The translations under genes and the position numbers were made by a program. 64,000 nt of DNA, from the NCBI GenBank assembly GCA_903884815.1, contig CAISGE010000021.1:64448-128447 (forward strand), in the 5' to 3' direction. Source of the stretch: Candidatus Omnitrophota bacterium. Lineage in GTDB: Bacteria > Omnitrophota > Omnitrophia > Omnitrophales > Aquincolibacteriaceae. Below are positions 47,730 through 57,919 of the stretch, piece after piece; position 1 is the first letter of the stretch, and each line of letters opens with the position of its first letter. The notes below the pieces were generated by a model. It made no database searches. It saw only the letters and a program-made list of their open reading frames with translations, and was not told where the DNA came from.

Positions 47730-48563
47730 TTAGAAAAAATACCCGACGCGGGCTTCGAGCTCCCAATCATAGGGCCGGTATTGTTTAACCAGGGCCTGAT
47801 TCCACTCCAAACTGACGATCAGCTTCTTGCCGAACTTTTTTCCAACCGTGAGATTGAACGGAACGAACCACTTGGCATTATCTTGCCAATTGATCTTGAT
47901 CTCGGGAGAAAGATCCGCGTAGAACTGCCGCGGCAGGGTAAAACTCGCACCGGGATTCAGAACGGACCTGTGAATATCCGTTCGCCCGGCATCCCCCCCA
48001 ACACTAAACTCTTCACGCCAGATAAACTTTACAAATGAGCCTTCGGCCAGACATGAAGGCGCATAAACAGCACCCACCATCGGCGCAAGCTGGTATTTCC
48101 CGGACCCGAACTGCTGCTCCGTCGCGCTCGGCCATATGGCTCTCAACCCAGTGCCGTACCGGAAACGATTGGCCTCAGGCGATGCGACGATCACCTGGGT
48201 CAATGTATCTCCAAGACCCAATCCCCAACGGCCTTCACGATTATCAGGACCTTGAGTGTCATTTGAGATCATCGGGAGATCCACGCGCGTCGCGATATTC
48301 CATCCGTTCCTCAGGAGTAGCGGATAATCCACCCGGTAAGTATTCACCAAGGCATCCGACCCGTCACCTTTGTCCTGATACTTCAGCCGCACGTCAAAGC
48401 GGGCTAGAGGTCTTGTAAAATCTTCCCCAAAATTGATGACGGAGGCTAAAGGCCGCGGCATTTTGGAAAGAACTTCAGGAGCCGCAAATGAGGTGGATAT
48501 TGCCGAGGCTAGAAAGACTATCCCATAAGAAAAAACAAGCCTTACAAGAAACCTGAACGACAT
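47730..48563 (-). CDS. Predicted outer-membrane beta-barrel/transporter, paralogous type to 41049-41921
   Basis: GED.TRP..R.D.R, GLGD, PSAT...FGSGKYQLAP.VG, WFVPF...VGK, C-terminal VGYFF beta-signal; start uncertain. Confidence 0.72.
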   Translation of the reverse strand: MSFRFLVRLVFSYGIVFLASAISTSFAAPEVLSKMPRPLASVINFGEDFTRPLARFDVRLKYQDKGDGSDALVNTYRVDYPLLLRNGWNIATRVDLPMISNDTQGPDNREGRWGLGLGDTLTQVIVASPEANRFRYGTGLRAIWPSATEQQFGSGKYQLAPMVGAVYAPSCLAEGSFVKFIWREEFSVGGDAGRTDIHRSVLNPGASFTLPRQFYADLSPEIKINWQDNAKWFVPFNLTVGKKFGKKLIVSLEWNQALVKQYRPYDWELEARVGYFF

Positions 48564-48656
48564 AAACGATTCCAAGGCTAGACGCTCCCGCTTTCTTTCC
48601 TCGTGCCGGAGATCAGAAAAAAAACTTCTTTTTTGTCTGAGAAAAAACATAGGCGG

Positions 48657-48998
48657 TTAGCGCCCCTCGACAACTTCAGCGGATTTCTCGACGCAACCAA
48701 CGCAAGAAAGCTTTCTGAGCGCTTTTACCTCGAGACATTTCAGAGAGCCGGCCGCAGAAAGGAGCATCTCCATCCCTTCCGTGGAACGATCGGGGAAATG
48801 CTGCTCCAGGATACATTTCGCCGCGTAAAAAGCGCCACAATATCCTTCCGGGGCTCTTCCTCCACCGCAAGCCGGAAGGGTCGACGCTGTTTTTCCATCG
48901 AGCGGAAATTTATCACGAAAGGGTTCCGCAACCGATTGCGCGCAATTAAGCCTCGTGCCCTTTTTCCCTAAAAAATAAGCCTTCGCTGTTTCTTTCAT
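48657..48998 (-). CDS. C_GCAxxG_C_C family putative redox protein
   Basis: LNCAQSV...GGG.....CGA...C......C..CV pattern. Confidence 0.75.
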   Translation of the reverse strand: MKETAKAYFLGKKGTRLNCAQSVAEPFRDKFPLDGKTASTLPACGGGRAPEGYCGAFYAAKCILEQHFPDRSTEGMEMLLSAAGSLKCLEVKALRKLSCVGCVEKSAEVVEGR

Positions 48999-50378
48999 TT
49001 AGCGCCGTCCTCCGCCGCCACCGCGACCGCCACCTCCGCCCCCACCACGGCTACCACCGCCGCCTCCGCCGCGACTACCGCCGCCCCCACCCCTCGATCC
49101 ACCGCCTCCCCCGCGCGAGCCACCGCCAAAGCTGCCGGAGCCGCCGCGGCTACTGGCACCCGACCAGGAGCCAGAATGGAACTGCGAAGCCTGGCTGATT
49201 TGCTGATTGCGTGATGGCGCCTGAAAACTGACATTGCTTCGCGCGCTTGAAAAATCACGAGCTCCGCCGGCGCTTGAGATCATATCACGCTGCCCGGAAA
49301 GACCGCTTCCCGGAAGACCGTTATTGACTTGAGGCCCATTCCCCGGAAGCTTGTTGTTAACCCCTCCCTGCTGCAGGCGGTCGCCCTTTTGATCCGCCCC
49401 GGGATTATCCCGCTTGTCTTGAAGATTTTGCTTGGGCGTGGGCTGATTCTCTTTCCACTTATCCTTTTTGTCTTGCCGATCCTGTTTCGCTTGATCCCGG
49501 CCCGCTTGGATCTCATCGATATTATTATTCAGATCGTTCATCGCATTCGTGTTGTTATTGACGGCATTTTGCCAATCCTCATGATGCTCATCGTAATAAT
49601 GCCAATAATAATCATTCCGGTGAGCGTAATAATTATTCGCCATGCACGCAAACAGCATGGTATACATCATCTGGTTGGCCAGCATGTACGAGGTCACGTC
49701 CTGAGAAGGCATCTGCTGGATGATCACCGTATTCTTCTCATTCACATAGTAGCCATAGGGGGTCGGTGCTTGCGCCGCCTGTTCCGCCGTCATAGGCTTG
49801 TTGGGCGAAGGCAAATTATTGGCTTTGGCATAGGCTTCTGAGGCCGCTTGAAGCTCCTGAACCGCCTTAGGATCCTGCTGCAATTTCTCGGTCCAAGCGT
49901 TCACGACCTCCGTATTCCCTGCTTTGACCGAATCACTCAACCTCTTGATCACCGCGAAGGTTTCCTCTTTCTTGTCCCGGACCATCTCGCCCAAAAGCGC
50001 GGTGACCACGATATTATCGCTCATGATGCCGATCACGTCCGGGTAGGCCTTGAGATCCTCGATCGCGTCCCTGACCTCCGCGGGTTGTTCTTTCAAAAGT
50101 TTGTCGAACTCCTTCTCGTCGAGCACTTTCTTGTTGTCGAGGAGGGCGATCAGATCCGGATATTGCGAAAGCACGAGCACCGCATTACGGATGTCATCCG
50201 GATACAGCAGAATACCCTGAAAGGAGCCTTTCGCCTCTTTGCGCAGTTCGCCGAATTTCTCCGCCGAAGCCTGATTCAGATAGAACTGCTCCGGACTCAA
50301 TTGTGCAGGTTCCGCGGCAAATGAAACCGGCCCCCACAGCAGGCACAAGATCGCCAGAAGACAGATCGATTTTTTCAT
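48999..50378 (-). CDS. Secreted helical protein with Gln/Asn-rich region and SRGGG-repeat tail (DUF3300-like architecture)
   Basis: AAGGAG RBS, signal peptide, ILLYPD motif, ends GGSRGGGGGSRGGGG...GGRR. Confidence 0.75.
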   Translation of the reverse strand: MKKSICLLAILCLLWGPVSFAAEPAQLSPEQFYLNQASAEKFGELRKEAKGSFQGILLYPDDIRNAVLVLSQYPDLIALLDNKKVLDEKEFDKLLKEQPAEVRDAIEDLKAYPDVIGIMSDNIVVTALLGEMVRDKKEETFAVIKRLSDSVKAGNTEVVNAWTEKLQQDPKAVQELQAASEAYAKANNLPSPNKPMTAEQAAQAPTPYGYYVNEKNTVIIQQMPSQDVTSYMLANQMMYTMLFACMANNYYAHRNDYYWHYYDEHHEDWQNAVNNNTNAMNDLNNNIDEIQAGRDQAKQDRQDKKDKWKENQPTPKQNLQDKRDNPGADQKGDRLQQGGVNNKLPGNGPQVNNGLPGSGLSGQRDMISSAGGARDFSSARSNVSFQAPSRNQQISQASQFHSGSWSGASSRGGSGSFGGGSRGGGGGSRGGGGGSRGGGGGGSRGGGGGGGRGGGGGRR

Positions 50379-50392
50379 TTCAAGGCTCCTTT

Positions 50393-51244
50393 TTATTTTT
50401 GGGTGGCAGCAGAAACGTTTGCATGGGCGGCTGCGAGGGCGCTTTTCAGCAATGGATCCGCCGTGCCCTTGTTTAAGCTCTTTTGCAGCGCAATCAATGG
50501 CGCCTGGTTTGTTTTGATCAGTCCCCTCCTCGGGCTATCGAGGTCCGCGATGAGCACAATCACTGCCGAGGAAGTCAGTGCGATCACAAGCGTCCCAAGG
50601 ATACTTCGCGTCCCGTCGATCCCGAATTGGTACCCCACCGCGAGCATGGAAAAGAACATCACGAAAAGAAGGGCGATCCAAATGATCTCCGGAATGCGAA
50701 AGGATGTCGCGAGCATCAAACGCTCCGAGTGAAGATCGATCACTTCATTGAGCGCCGACACAAAAAGCGCTGTGAGAGGAGTGTCGGCGTTTTTATCCGC
50801 CAGAGTAGAAGCCTGGACCCAAAGGGAATCCAGTATTTGCTCTGAGCGGACAATAGACGACTCGAGCTTTTCTGTCTGGGTGGCTTCCAGACGCATGTCG
50901 ACATATTGACGGAAAAAAGCACGGATCTGGCTTCGCCCGGGCTCGGGCAAAAAATCCGCGCGCAAATAAGCCGTACCGATCGCATTCGATTCCTTCAGTG
51001 CCGCCATGCGCCGGGCATCGTATTGAGAAGCCGCCATTTGGAATGTAAAGGCCAGCATGAACGCCAGGAGACCCAGCATCGCGCCGACCATCGTCCCGAC
51101 TGGGGCATCCGTTTCGGACTTCTTGAGACTGCGGCTCCAACGTCCAAATCGCAGGCCCACTTCGATCGCGATAAGAACGATCAACACCGTGACAAAAAAA
51201 AGCGCCAAGAATGAAGTGTGGAAGAAAGATTCACTAAAGTTCAT
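50393..51244 (-). CDS. DUF4239 / bestrophin-like membrane protein
   Basis: A.LGLLAFMLAFTF.MA...YD.RR.....ESNAIGTAYLRA..LP; LIADLD.PR.G.I. Confidence 0.85.
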   Translation of the reverse strand: MNFSESFFHTSFLALFFVTVLIVLIAIEVGLRFGRWSRSLKKSETDAPVGTMVGAMLGLLAFMLAFTFQMAASQYDARRMAALKESNAIGTAYLRADFLPEPGRSQIRAFFRQYVDMRLEATQTEKLESSIVRSEQILDSLWVQASTLADKNADTPLTALFVSALNEVIDLHSERLMLATSFRIPEIIWIALLFVMFFSMLAVGYQFGIDGTRSILGTLVIALTSSAVIVLIADLDSPRRGLIKTNQAPLIALQKSLNKGTADPLLKSALAAAHANVSAATQK

Positions 51245-53427
51245 TTATTGTTTCCTTTCAGGTCAAAATCGGACGACTTAAGGTGTATGTCTTGCTGAGG
51301 AAACGGTATGGAGATCCCTTTGTCCTTGAACCGCGAATGGATCGCGAAATTGATCTTGCTTTTGACGTCCATGCGATCCGCCACATCCACCCAGTAGAGA
51401 AGCCTGAACACAAGGGCGCTTTCCGCAAACTCCTCGAAAACGACGACGGCCTCCGGTTCAGGCAGTATCCCAGGAATAGCCTCAGCAATTTCAAGTAACG
51501 TTTCTTTGACGAGCGCCACATCGGAACCATAATCCACCCCCACGCGGGACTCGATGCGGACCGTCCTGTCGGAATGGCTCCAGTTCACAACGCGATTCGA
51601 CAAAAATTCAGAATTCGGCACCACGATCGCGATATTATCGAACGTGTTCACGATGGTGCTTCGAGTCCGGATGGATTTCACGATCCCGGGAACCCCCCCG
51701 ACTTCCACGACATCCCCCATCCGGATCGGCCGCTCAAAAAAGATCACGAACCCGCTAAAAACATTCTTCACGATATCCTGGAGGCCAAACCCGATCCCGA
51801 CCCCCAGGGCTCCGGAAAAGACCGTCAGGACGCTCAGATCGATCCCGAGCAGCTGAATCCCCGCCATCGCCCCGATCACTAAAAAGGAGAACTGGATCAC
51901 CGACTTGATCGCGTATTGACTGTTTTTATCGAGAGAACTCTTCGGATAAACGCGAGCCTTGAGAATGCTGTTCAGGAAACGGGCTCCCACGTAAAAAAGC
52001 CAGAAGACCAGAACAGACCGAGTAATGGCCCAGACAGAAACTTTGATCTTTTCGGATTGAAAGATGGGTTCATTGATGACCCCAAGCAGCCACTGGACGA
52101 CTTCCTGTTGAAGCGCCCAATAACTCAGGATCAGATAAAAAATGCCCCCGAAGATCAGCCACATCAGCACGGTGCGCACCAGCAGAAAAACCGAAGAGGA
52201 TTGTTTGATCTCGGTTTGGGTCATTTTCGAAAGCTTTTGAAGAACGCGCATAAAAAGAGACTGCACGAGTCCCTTGACGGCAATGAACAAGACAAGTCCT
52301 AGGGCGATATTGAGATACACAAGTCCCAGAGCGATGGACGCTGCCCGGTACTCCAACACGTCGAGGATCCCGCAACAAAAGAGAACAAAGAACCCAAAGA
52401 ACCAAAGCGCCCGAGTCCAGAAAAGGATCCCCTCCTGGTTCAGAATTGAAGGAAGGGAACGGTCCAAAGCCACGAGTTGCTTGCGGAAACCATATCCCAT
52501 CGCGAGTAACAAGAGCCCCAACAAGGAAAAAAAGATTTCCCTTCGGCCATAAGGGATCGGTTTTCGGGTCAGCACATTCTCTTTAAAAACATCTCTTCGC
52601 CTTAGCTTGATCAGCTTATCGAATTCCTGAAGCGCGGTGATGCGAAACTCCACGAAGTCCACCTGCTCGCTAAGAAACGCCTTTAAATCCTGGAATACCT
52701 TTAGACGGTCTTCGGCAAGCGCCACGGTCTCCTGGATATGGGCCCGTTCGTCATCGCGAGCGGCCGCCAAAAGGACTTTCTTTGCGGAAAGATACTGTTC
52801 CTCGATCTTGATCCGGGAAGACACGTTTTCGAGCTCATGGGCCAATCGGGCCTTTTCGGCAAAGCGCTGTGATCGCCTCAGCTCCATGTCTTTGATCTGC
52901 CCTGTGATCGTCAAAACAGAGGCATCGTCGGAAAAGATGTTCGTGAGAAAAAACTGGAGCTTTGAATGAGATTCTTTTTGGGTACGGACCTTCTTCTCAA
53001 GAAAAGCCGCTTTTCTTTCGAGGAGATCTTTCTTTCTTTCGAGTAACGCCATCTTGGATTTCAACAAAAGCTCCGGGTCGTAAGACCCATCAACCGCCTT
53101 GGACATATCCGGAGAGGTTCCGGCAAGCGCTTTCTGTTCCGTATCGATCTGCTTCAGGTCCTGGGCGATCTGGCTGGCCTGAACGTGAGCCGTCCCCGCC
53201 TTTCGCTCCGCCAGGATCTTTGCGGAGACCTGATCGAGTATGGCAGATTTGGCTGAGTCCACGCCGGCGTCACTGTTCGTCGAAGCCGGAGCGGCAGAAG
53301 AGCTTTCGTCCTTCCCAACAGCGTCACTCGCGAATAAAGGAAACCCCGAAAGCGTTAAAAGACTGAAGATCAGAAAAACCAACCATCCCCTAGAAACACG
53401 CATTTTGCTCATTGTATTCATGATCAA
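51241..53427 (-). CDS. Mechanosensitive channel, MscS/MscK family
   Basis: Periplasmic coiled coil, TM block, GALGVGIGFGLQDIV.N..SG..I.FERPIR.GD, VPNS, VGV.YGSD, I.IPFPQ. Confidence 0.92.
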   Translation of the reverse strand: MIMNTMSKMRVSRGWLVFLIFSLLTLSGFPLFASDAVGKDESSSAAPASTNSDAGVDSAKSAILDQVSAKILAERKAGTAHVQASQIAQDLKQIDTEQKALAGTSPDMSKAVDGSYDPELLLKSKMALLERKKDLLERKAAFLEKKVRTQKESHSKLQFFLTNIFSDDASVLTITGQIKDMELRRSQRFAEKARLAHELENVSSRIKIEEQYLSAKKVLLAAARDDERAHIQETVALAEDRLKVFQDLKAFLSEQVDFVEFRITALQEFDKLIKLRRRDVFKENVLTRKPIPYGRREIFFSLLGLLLLAMGYGFRKQLVALDRSLPSILNQEGILFWTRALWFFGFFVLFCCGILDVLEYRAASIALGLVYLNIALGLVLFIAVKGLVQSLFMRVLQKLSKMTQTEIKQSSSVFLLVRTVLMWLIFGGIFYLILSYWALQQEVVQWLLGVINEPIFQSEKIKVSVWAITRSVLVFWLFYVGARFLNSILKARVYPKSSLDKNSQYAIKSVIQFSFLVIGAMAGIQLLGIDLSVLTVFSGALGVGIGFGLQDIVKNVFSGFVIFFERPIRMGDVVEVGGVPGIVKSIRTRSTIVNTFDNIAIVVPNSEFLSNRVVNWSHSDRTVRIESRVGVDYGSDVALVKETLLEIAEAIPGILPEPEAVVVFEEFAESALVFRLLYWVDVADRMDVKSKINFAIHSRFKDKGISIPFPQQDIHLKSSDFDLKGNNK

Positions 53428-53484
53428 AACCTTATATTTGCACTATTAAAATTAAAAGGGCTGGAGAATATTTCTCCGGAACAA

Positions 53485-54249
53485 TTATTCGGGCGGATTC
53501 ACCACCACATAGGTCGTCTGACCATTCTGATTCGCCTGCTGATACCAGGTGTCTCCGCATTGATAATAAAGCACGCCATCGACCCCAAGCGAACCGCAGG
53601 AGGCCCCGACGGTATTGAACTGATCCGTCGTCAGAACCGAACCGATGACCGCCGCAGCTGTCGCGCCGGCCACAACCGCGCCTCCATACGGCGCGCCTCC
53701 GTAGTATCCTCCGTGATGATAGTAATCATCGTAATCGGAGGCATAGTCCTGGCGATTCTGTTGCTGCTGTTGGCCGTACTGTTGGCGATTCTGCTGCTGG
53801 TCTTGCGCGAAATTTTGACGATCTTCCTGATTGGAATTTTGACGATCCTGCAAATTCCCCTGCCCGCCTTGGGCTTGAGAGAACCTGCCGCCTCCGTCAC
53901 CTTCTCTGCCGGCAAACCCTTCGCCGCCACCTTGGGAAAATCCGCCTCCTCCTCCCTCTCCACGGGAAAATCCACTCTCTCCGGAATCTCCGCCGCGGGA
54001 AAAACCACCTCCGCCACCTCGAGATTGACCGCCACCACCGAAGCTACCACTACTGGCAGACCCGCCACGGGAGAAACCACCGCCTCCTCCTCCGCCGCCA
54101 CCGCCTCGGGAATATCCTCCGCCACCGCCGCCACGGCCACCGCCTCCGCCGCCACCCCGAGCATCGGCATCTGCGATATTAAGTACAAACATGCCCATCA
54201 CGAGCAACGCGCCCCAAGACATTCCCTTGATCCATTTCTTTGAGCTCAT
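53485..54249 (-). CDS. Secreted Gly/Arg-rich repeat protein with DUF6515-like C-terminus
   Basis: Signal peptide ending ADA; GG(F/Y)SRGG repeats; QQNRQ segment; C....V.G..YYQCG.TWY.....G...YVVV.PP. Confidence 0.78.
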   Translation of the reverse strand: MSSKKWIKGMSWGALLVMGMFVLNIADADARGGGGGGGRGGGGGGYSRGGGGGGGGGGFSRGGSASSGSFGGGGQSRGGGGGFSRGGDSGESGFSRGEGGGGGFSQGGGEGFAGREGDGGGRFSQAQGGQGNLQDRQNSNQEDRQNFAQDQQQNRQQYGQQQQQNRQDYASDYDDYYHHGGYYGGAPYGGAVVAGATAAAVIGSVLTTDQFNTVGASCGSLGVDGVLYYQCGDTWYQQANQNGQTTYVVVNPPE

Positions 54250-55055
54250 GACTTCACCTCCGCCTTGACGACCGACTCTTCCGGTTTCTTTGTCTGCTTG
54301 GGTGAGAAAGCGATCTTTTTCGCGTCCGCGGGCGGAGTAAAAGCAAAGAATCCTTCCGGGATCTCGGGCGCAAGATTCCAGTTGCTGAGTTGCGCCCAGA
54401 ACTGAGGCGCCCCCTTATCCTGTTTGTAGGTGATCACGATCCTCTGAGGCAAAGGTTTGTCACCCTTTGCGATCCAAAGCTGCATATCCGCCTCATCTCC
54501 GCGCAAAGCTAGGTGATCACAAGGAACGCCGGCGATAAAGGAATCTTCAACGATCGCCGCCTCCCGCACTTTTTGGTCCAGAAAATCCTTGAGCTTGGTG
54601 GTCAGCATCATGGCCAACGGCAGCCGCAGGCCAAGGTCCTCGGTAAAATACTTGATAGCATCATCGACAGTACCGGTTTTCGGATCGCTCGCATAAACAT
54701 TATTTTGTTCGTAAAAAAGGGTCAGATCCTTTCCATTAAAGGAAACCCGGCTCTTCTTCCCATTTCGTGTGGTCGCGTCAACGCGAAGAAACCCGGGCCG
54801 ATCGAGCACCACCTGCCGCACTTCGCCAAACTCAATCTTCTGTCCGGAATCCTGAACGGAGTCAAATCCGGTATCCATCGTGACGCTCAGGCTCTTGGCG
54901 CCGGAAAGAAACTCCGACATCCGATCCACGATCGCCATCGCTTGATCCTTCGCCTGCGTTGGGGCAGCCGGCGCGGCAGGTTCTGCTCCCATCGCGGTTC
55001 CGGCCCAAAGCGTTAAGAAAATCACCCCGAGTCCGATAAAATTTTTCCCCTTCAT
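54246..55055 (-). CDS. DUF2092 family periplasmic protein (LolA-like fold)
   Basis: GGAGG RBS; A..I..RMS.FL..AK, GQKIEF, RP..LRV, C.HLA.R....D.QLWI..G.KPLP.R.VITYK...G.PQF. Confidence 0.88.
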   Translation of the reverse strand: MKGKNFIGLGVIFLTLWAGTAMGAEPAAPAAPTQAKDQAMAIVDRMSEFLSGAKSLSVTMDTGFDSVQDSGQKIEFGEVRQVVLDRPGFLRVDATTRNGKKSRVSFNGKDLTLFYEQNNVYASDPKTGTVDDAIKYFTEDLGLRLPLAMMLTTKLKDFLDQKVREAAIVEDSFIAGVPCDHLALRGDEADMQLWIAKGDKPLPQRIVITYKQDKGAPQFWAQLSNWNLAPEIPEGFFAFTPPADAKKIAFSPKQTKKPEESVVKAEVKS

Positions 55056-55095
55056 GGACAACCTCCTTTTTTATTTAAAAATTCGATCGCTAGAC

Positions 55096-57540
55096 CTAGT
55101 CGGAAACAGCCTTCTTCTGGGTAACTTCTTTTTGCGCCTGAGCGTGTGCTTGAGCGTCTGCGGCTTCCTCGGGTTTTAGATCGATCGTGACCTTGTCGAT
55201 CGTCCCGGTGAAAGAATAAGGCGCAGCAATGCCATAATCTTCGGTGACCGGTGTTTCGCCGTCTTCGCCAACATCGGAACCCTCATCCGCAGAAAAGAAT
55301 ATCTGCGTGCGATCGATACGCCCTTCGGCCACCTTTTCATCATTCACATAAAGCGTGCCCGTCCCGCCCTTGAACATACCGCCCCCGTCATAGGCAAATT
55401 CAAACCGGATGAACGCTTTGCCATTGGGCACCACTTGTGTTCCGGCGATCGTCGTCCGTTTCATGCCCAGGAAATTGTAAGTGTAGGCGGGCTTCCCGTC
55501 CTTCAGATACAAACTCCATCCGCCAAATCTCCCGGCCTGAGCGAGAATCACGCCGTTCGCGCCGCCCGCCGGGATATTCACCTCGGCGTTGATGGAGTGA
55601 GAACGGCACTTGGTGTTGATAAAAACATTCTCGGACATCCCCGTCATGCCTTCATAGACTGTGAGCGATGTGCGGCCGGCTAAAAGATCGGGACGTCCGA
55701 CGAGTGCCGCGTCCATGCGTTCAAGGAACCGGTCATCCAAAGGAAGCACCGGGTACTTTACCGCTTCCTTCATAAAAAGGCCCTGCATCTCTTTGAGCTT
55801 CTCGGGATTCGCCGCGGCCAGATCATTCGTCAGACTGAAATCGTTGGCCGTGTTATAAAGTTCCCACTTGTCATTTTGGAGCGTGGCCCGGGGCTTCGGC
55901 TCCCAGGGTGCCTTGTGAACGGTGCCTGCATACCAACCGTCGTTATAGATCGCGCGATTACCGAACATTTCGAAGTACTGGGTCAGATGGCGATCCTTGG
56001 CTTTGGCGTCATTGAAGGCATAAAGCATGCTCACACCTTCGATAGGTGTTTGCACGACCCCATCCACAACTTTGGGCTCGGGCAGACCCGCGGCCTCGAG
56101 GATAGTAGGAACCACGTCAATGACGTGATGCCACTGAGACCGGATCTCCCCTGTGGCCTTGATATGCTTGGGCCAATACACCACCAACCCGTTCCGGGTG
56201 CCGCCATAATTCGACGCAACTTGTTTGGTCCACATAAAAGGCGTATCTCCCGCAACAGCCCAGCCTGCCGCGTAGTGATTGTAGGTGGTGGCACTTCCCA
56301 GTTCATCGTAATGCTTCAGGATCTCCGGTACCGATTCCGGCACCGCGTTAAAGTAGGACATCTCGTTAAAGACGCCGTTCATGCCGCCTTCGGCGCTCGC
56401 GCCGTTATCGCCGAGAATATAGAAAACGAGCGTGTTCTCCATTTGCCCCATATCTTCGATCGACTTGAGAAGCCTGCCGACCTCATGATCGGTGTACTCC
56501 GCGTAGCCGGCGAAGACTTCCATCTGCCGGGCAAAGAGTTTTTTCTCGTCGGCGCTGAGCTTGTCCCAATCCTTGATCGCTTCGGGCTTGGGCGCAAGCT
56601 TCGTGTCCGGAGGAACAACCCCGAGTTTAATCTGGCGCGCGAGAGTTTCCTCCCGAAGTTTGTCCCATCCCTGATCGAATCTCCCTTTGTTCTTCTCGAT
56701 CCAGCCCTTCGGCACATGATGCGGCGCGTGCGTCGCGCCCGGTGCGAAGTAGATAAAGAAAGGTTTGTCCGGTGTGAACGCCTTTTCAGACCGCATCCAG
56801 GAGATCGCGTGATCGGTCATATCGGTCATAAAATGATAATCAGGGTCTGTCGACACTTCGATCTTCGTCATATCTTCATAGATCGCCGGTGCCCATTGAT
56901 TGGCCTCCCCGCCCATGAACCCGTAGAACTTATCAAATCCGCTGCGGGTCGGCCAGCGATCGGTCGGCCCTGAAGGACTAACTTCCCATGCCGCAGTCTC
57001 ATGATTTTTTCCGAAATGAGCGGTCGCGTAACCGTTGTACCGCAGCATCTTGGCAAGCGGCGCCACGCTTTCCGGCCGCTGTCCCGTGTCGCCGGGGAAC
57101 GATGTCGCGGTTTCCGTTATCGAACCCATATTGTTCGTATGGTGGTTTCTGCCTGACAAAAGTGCCGCACGGGTTGGTGAGCTGAGCGCGGTCGTATGGA
57201 ACTGATTGAAGCGAAGACCTTCATTGGCCAATCGTGCGGCATTGGGCATACTGCACGGCCCGCCGAAAGCACTGGACTGGCCGAAGCCCATGTCATCGAT
57301 CAGAACAATGAGAACATTGGGCGCACCGGTGGGAGCTTTGACAGAAAATCGCGCCGGCGCCGTCGCATCGCGGGCATCCAGCACCGTGCTGCGAGGGTAT
57401 TGGGGTTCATGGATCGGAAGCTGGGTGCGATCCGGCTCAAATTTTGATTGTTGGGTCTGACACATCCCGGTGGAAGGCATAAACACGGTCGCCAAACTGA
57501 CGCCGAGACTTATCGTGGATGTTAGTTTATTTTTTTTCAT
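55096..57540 (-). CDS. Arylsulfatase (Ser-type signature SSPTR), long AtsA-like form
   Basis: APNVLIVLIDDMGFG, FHTTALSSPTRAALLSGRNHH, GATHAPHH, GDNGAS.EGG, QYFEMFGNRAIY. Confidence 0.95.
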   Translation of the reverse strand: MKKNKLTSTISLGVSLATVFMPSTGMCQTQQSKFEPDRTQLPIHEPQYPRSTVLDARDATAPARFSVKAPTGAPNVLIVLIDDMGFGQSSAFGGPCSMPNAARLANEGLRFNQFHTTALSSPTRAALLSGRNHHTNNMGSITETATSFPGDTGQRPESVAPLAKMLRYNGYATAHFGKNHETAAWEVSPSGPTDRWPTRSGFDKFYGFMGGEANQWAPAIYEDMTKIEVSTDPDYHFMTDMTDHAISWMRSEKAFTPDKPFFIYFAPGATHAPHHVPKGWIEKNKGRFDQGWDKLREETLARQIKLGVVPPDTKLAPKPEAIKDWDKLSADEKKLFARQMEVFAGYAEYTDHEVGRLLKSIEDMGQMENTLVFYILGDNGASAEGGMNGVFNEMSYFNAVPESVPEILKHYDELGSATTYNHYAAGWAVAGDTPFMWTKQVASNYGGTRNGLVVYWPKHIKATGEIRSQWHHVIDVVPTILEAAGLPEPKVVDGVVQTPIEGVSMLYAFNDAKAKDRHLTQYFEMFGNRAIYNDGWYAGTVHKAPWEPKPRATLQNDKWELYNTANDFSLTNDLAAANPEKLKEMQGLFMKEAVKYPVLPLDDRFLERMDAALVGRPDLLAGRTSLTVYEGMTGMSENVFINTKCRSHSINAEVNIPAGGANGVILAQAGRFGGWSLYLKDGKPAYTYNFLGMKRTTIAGTQVVPNGKAFIRFEFAYDGGGMFKGGTGTLYVNDEKVAEGRIDRTQIFFSADEGSDVGEDGETPVTEDYGIAAPYSFTGTIDKVTIDLKPEEAADAQAHAQAQKEVTQKKAVSD

Positions 57541-57550
57541 CCCGTTTCTC

Positions 57551-57919
57551 CTAATTGGCTTTCATGAACTTCGTACCTCTATCTCTTACGAACGCCAAAA
57601 TCAAAAGCGTCGTCAGAATTGCGTGCAAACCCATCGCTGGCCACAACAGCAGCCCAACCCATTCGCCGCGGATACCAAGATACAAAAGGTATAGCGTGAC
57701 AAGTATGCCGTACGTCAACATACCGGAACGTGAAGCGTTTGCAGGGAAACACCCGACACCCAGCGAGATCAAAGCGATTCCGGCCACGCGCGCCACAGGT
57801 ATAGAAACCCCGGTAAGCTCCGCGCCAAGCAACAGCCTCACGATGAGCGAAGGAACAAAAATCAGCAATACTCCCGCGGCTGCTTCGGCCACGGAGGTGA
57901 GAGTTAAGATCTTTTTTAT
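57551..57919 (-). CDS. Small four-TM membrane protein, apparent ATA start codon
   Basis: GAGGGG RBS then in-frame ATA AAA AAG ATC; E...G..L...PS....LLLG..L.G....VARVAGIAL..LG..C.P...GML.Y...LLWPA..LH. Confidence 0.7.
   Translation of the reverse strand: MKKILTLTSVAEAAAGVLLIFVPSLIVRLLLGAELTGVSIPVARVAGIALISLGVGCFPANASRSGMLTYGILVTLYLLYLGIRGEWVGLLLWPAMGLHAILTTLLILAFVRDRGTKFMKAN

Noticed and set aside
48999-54140. GGC-rich tracts as CRISPR array or DNA satellite
   Set aside because: They are poly-Gly coding sequence with third-position variation; no repeat-spacer structure and no cas genes.
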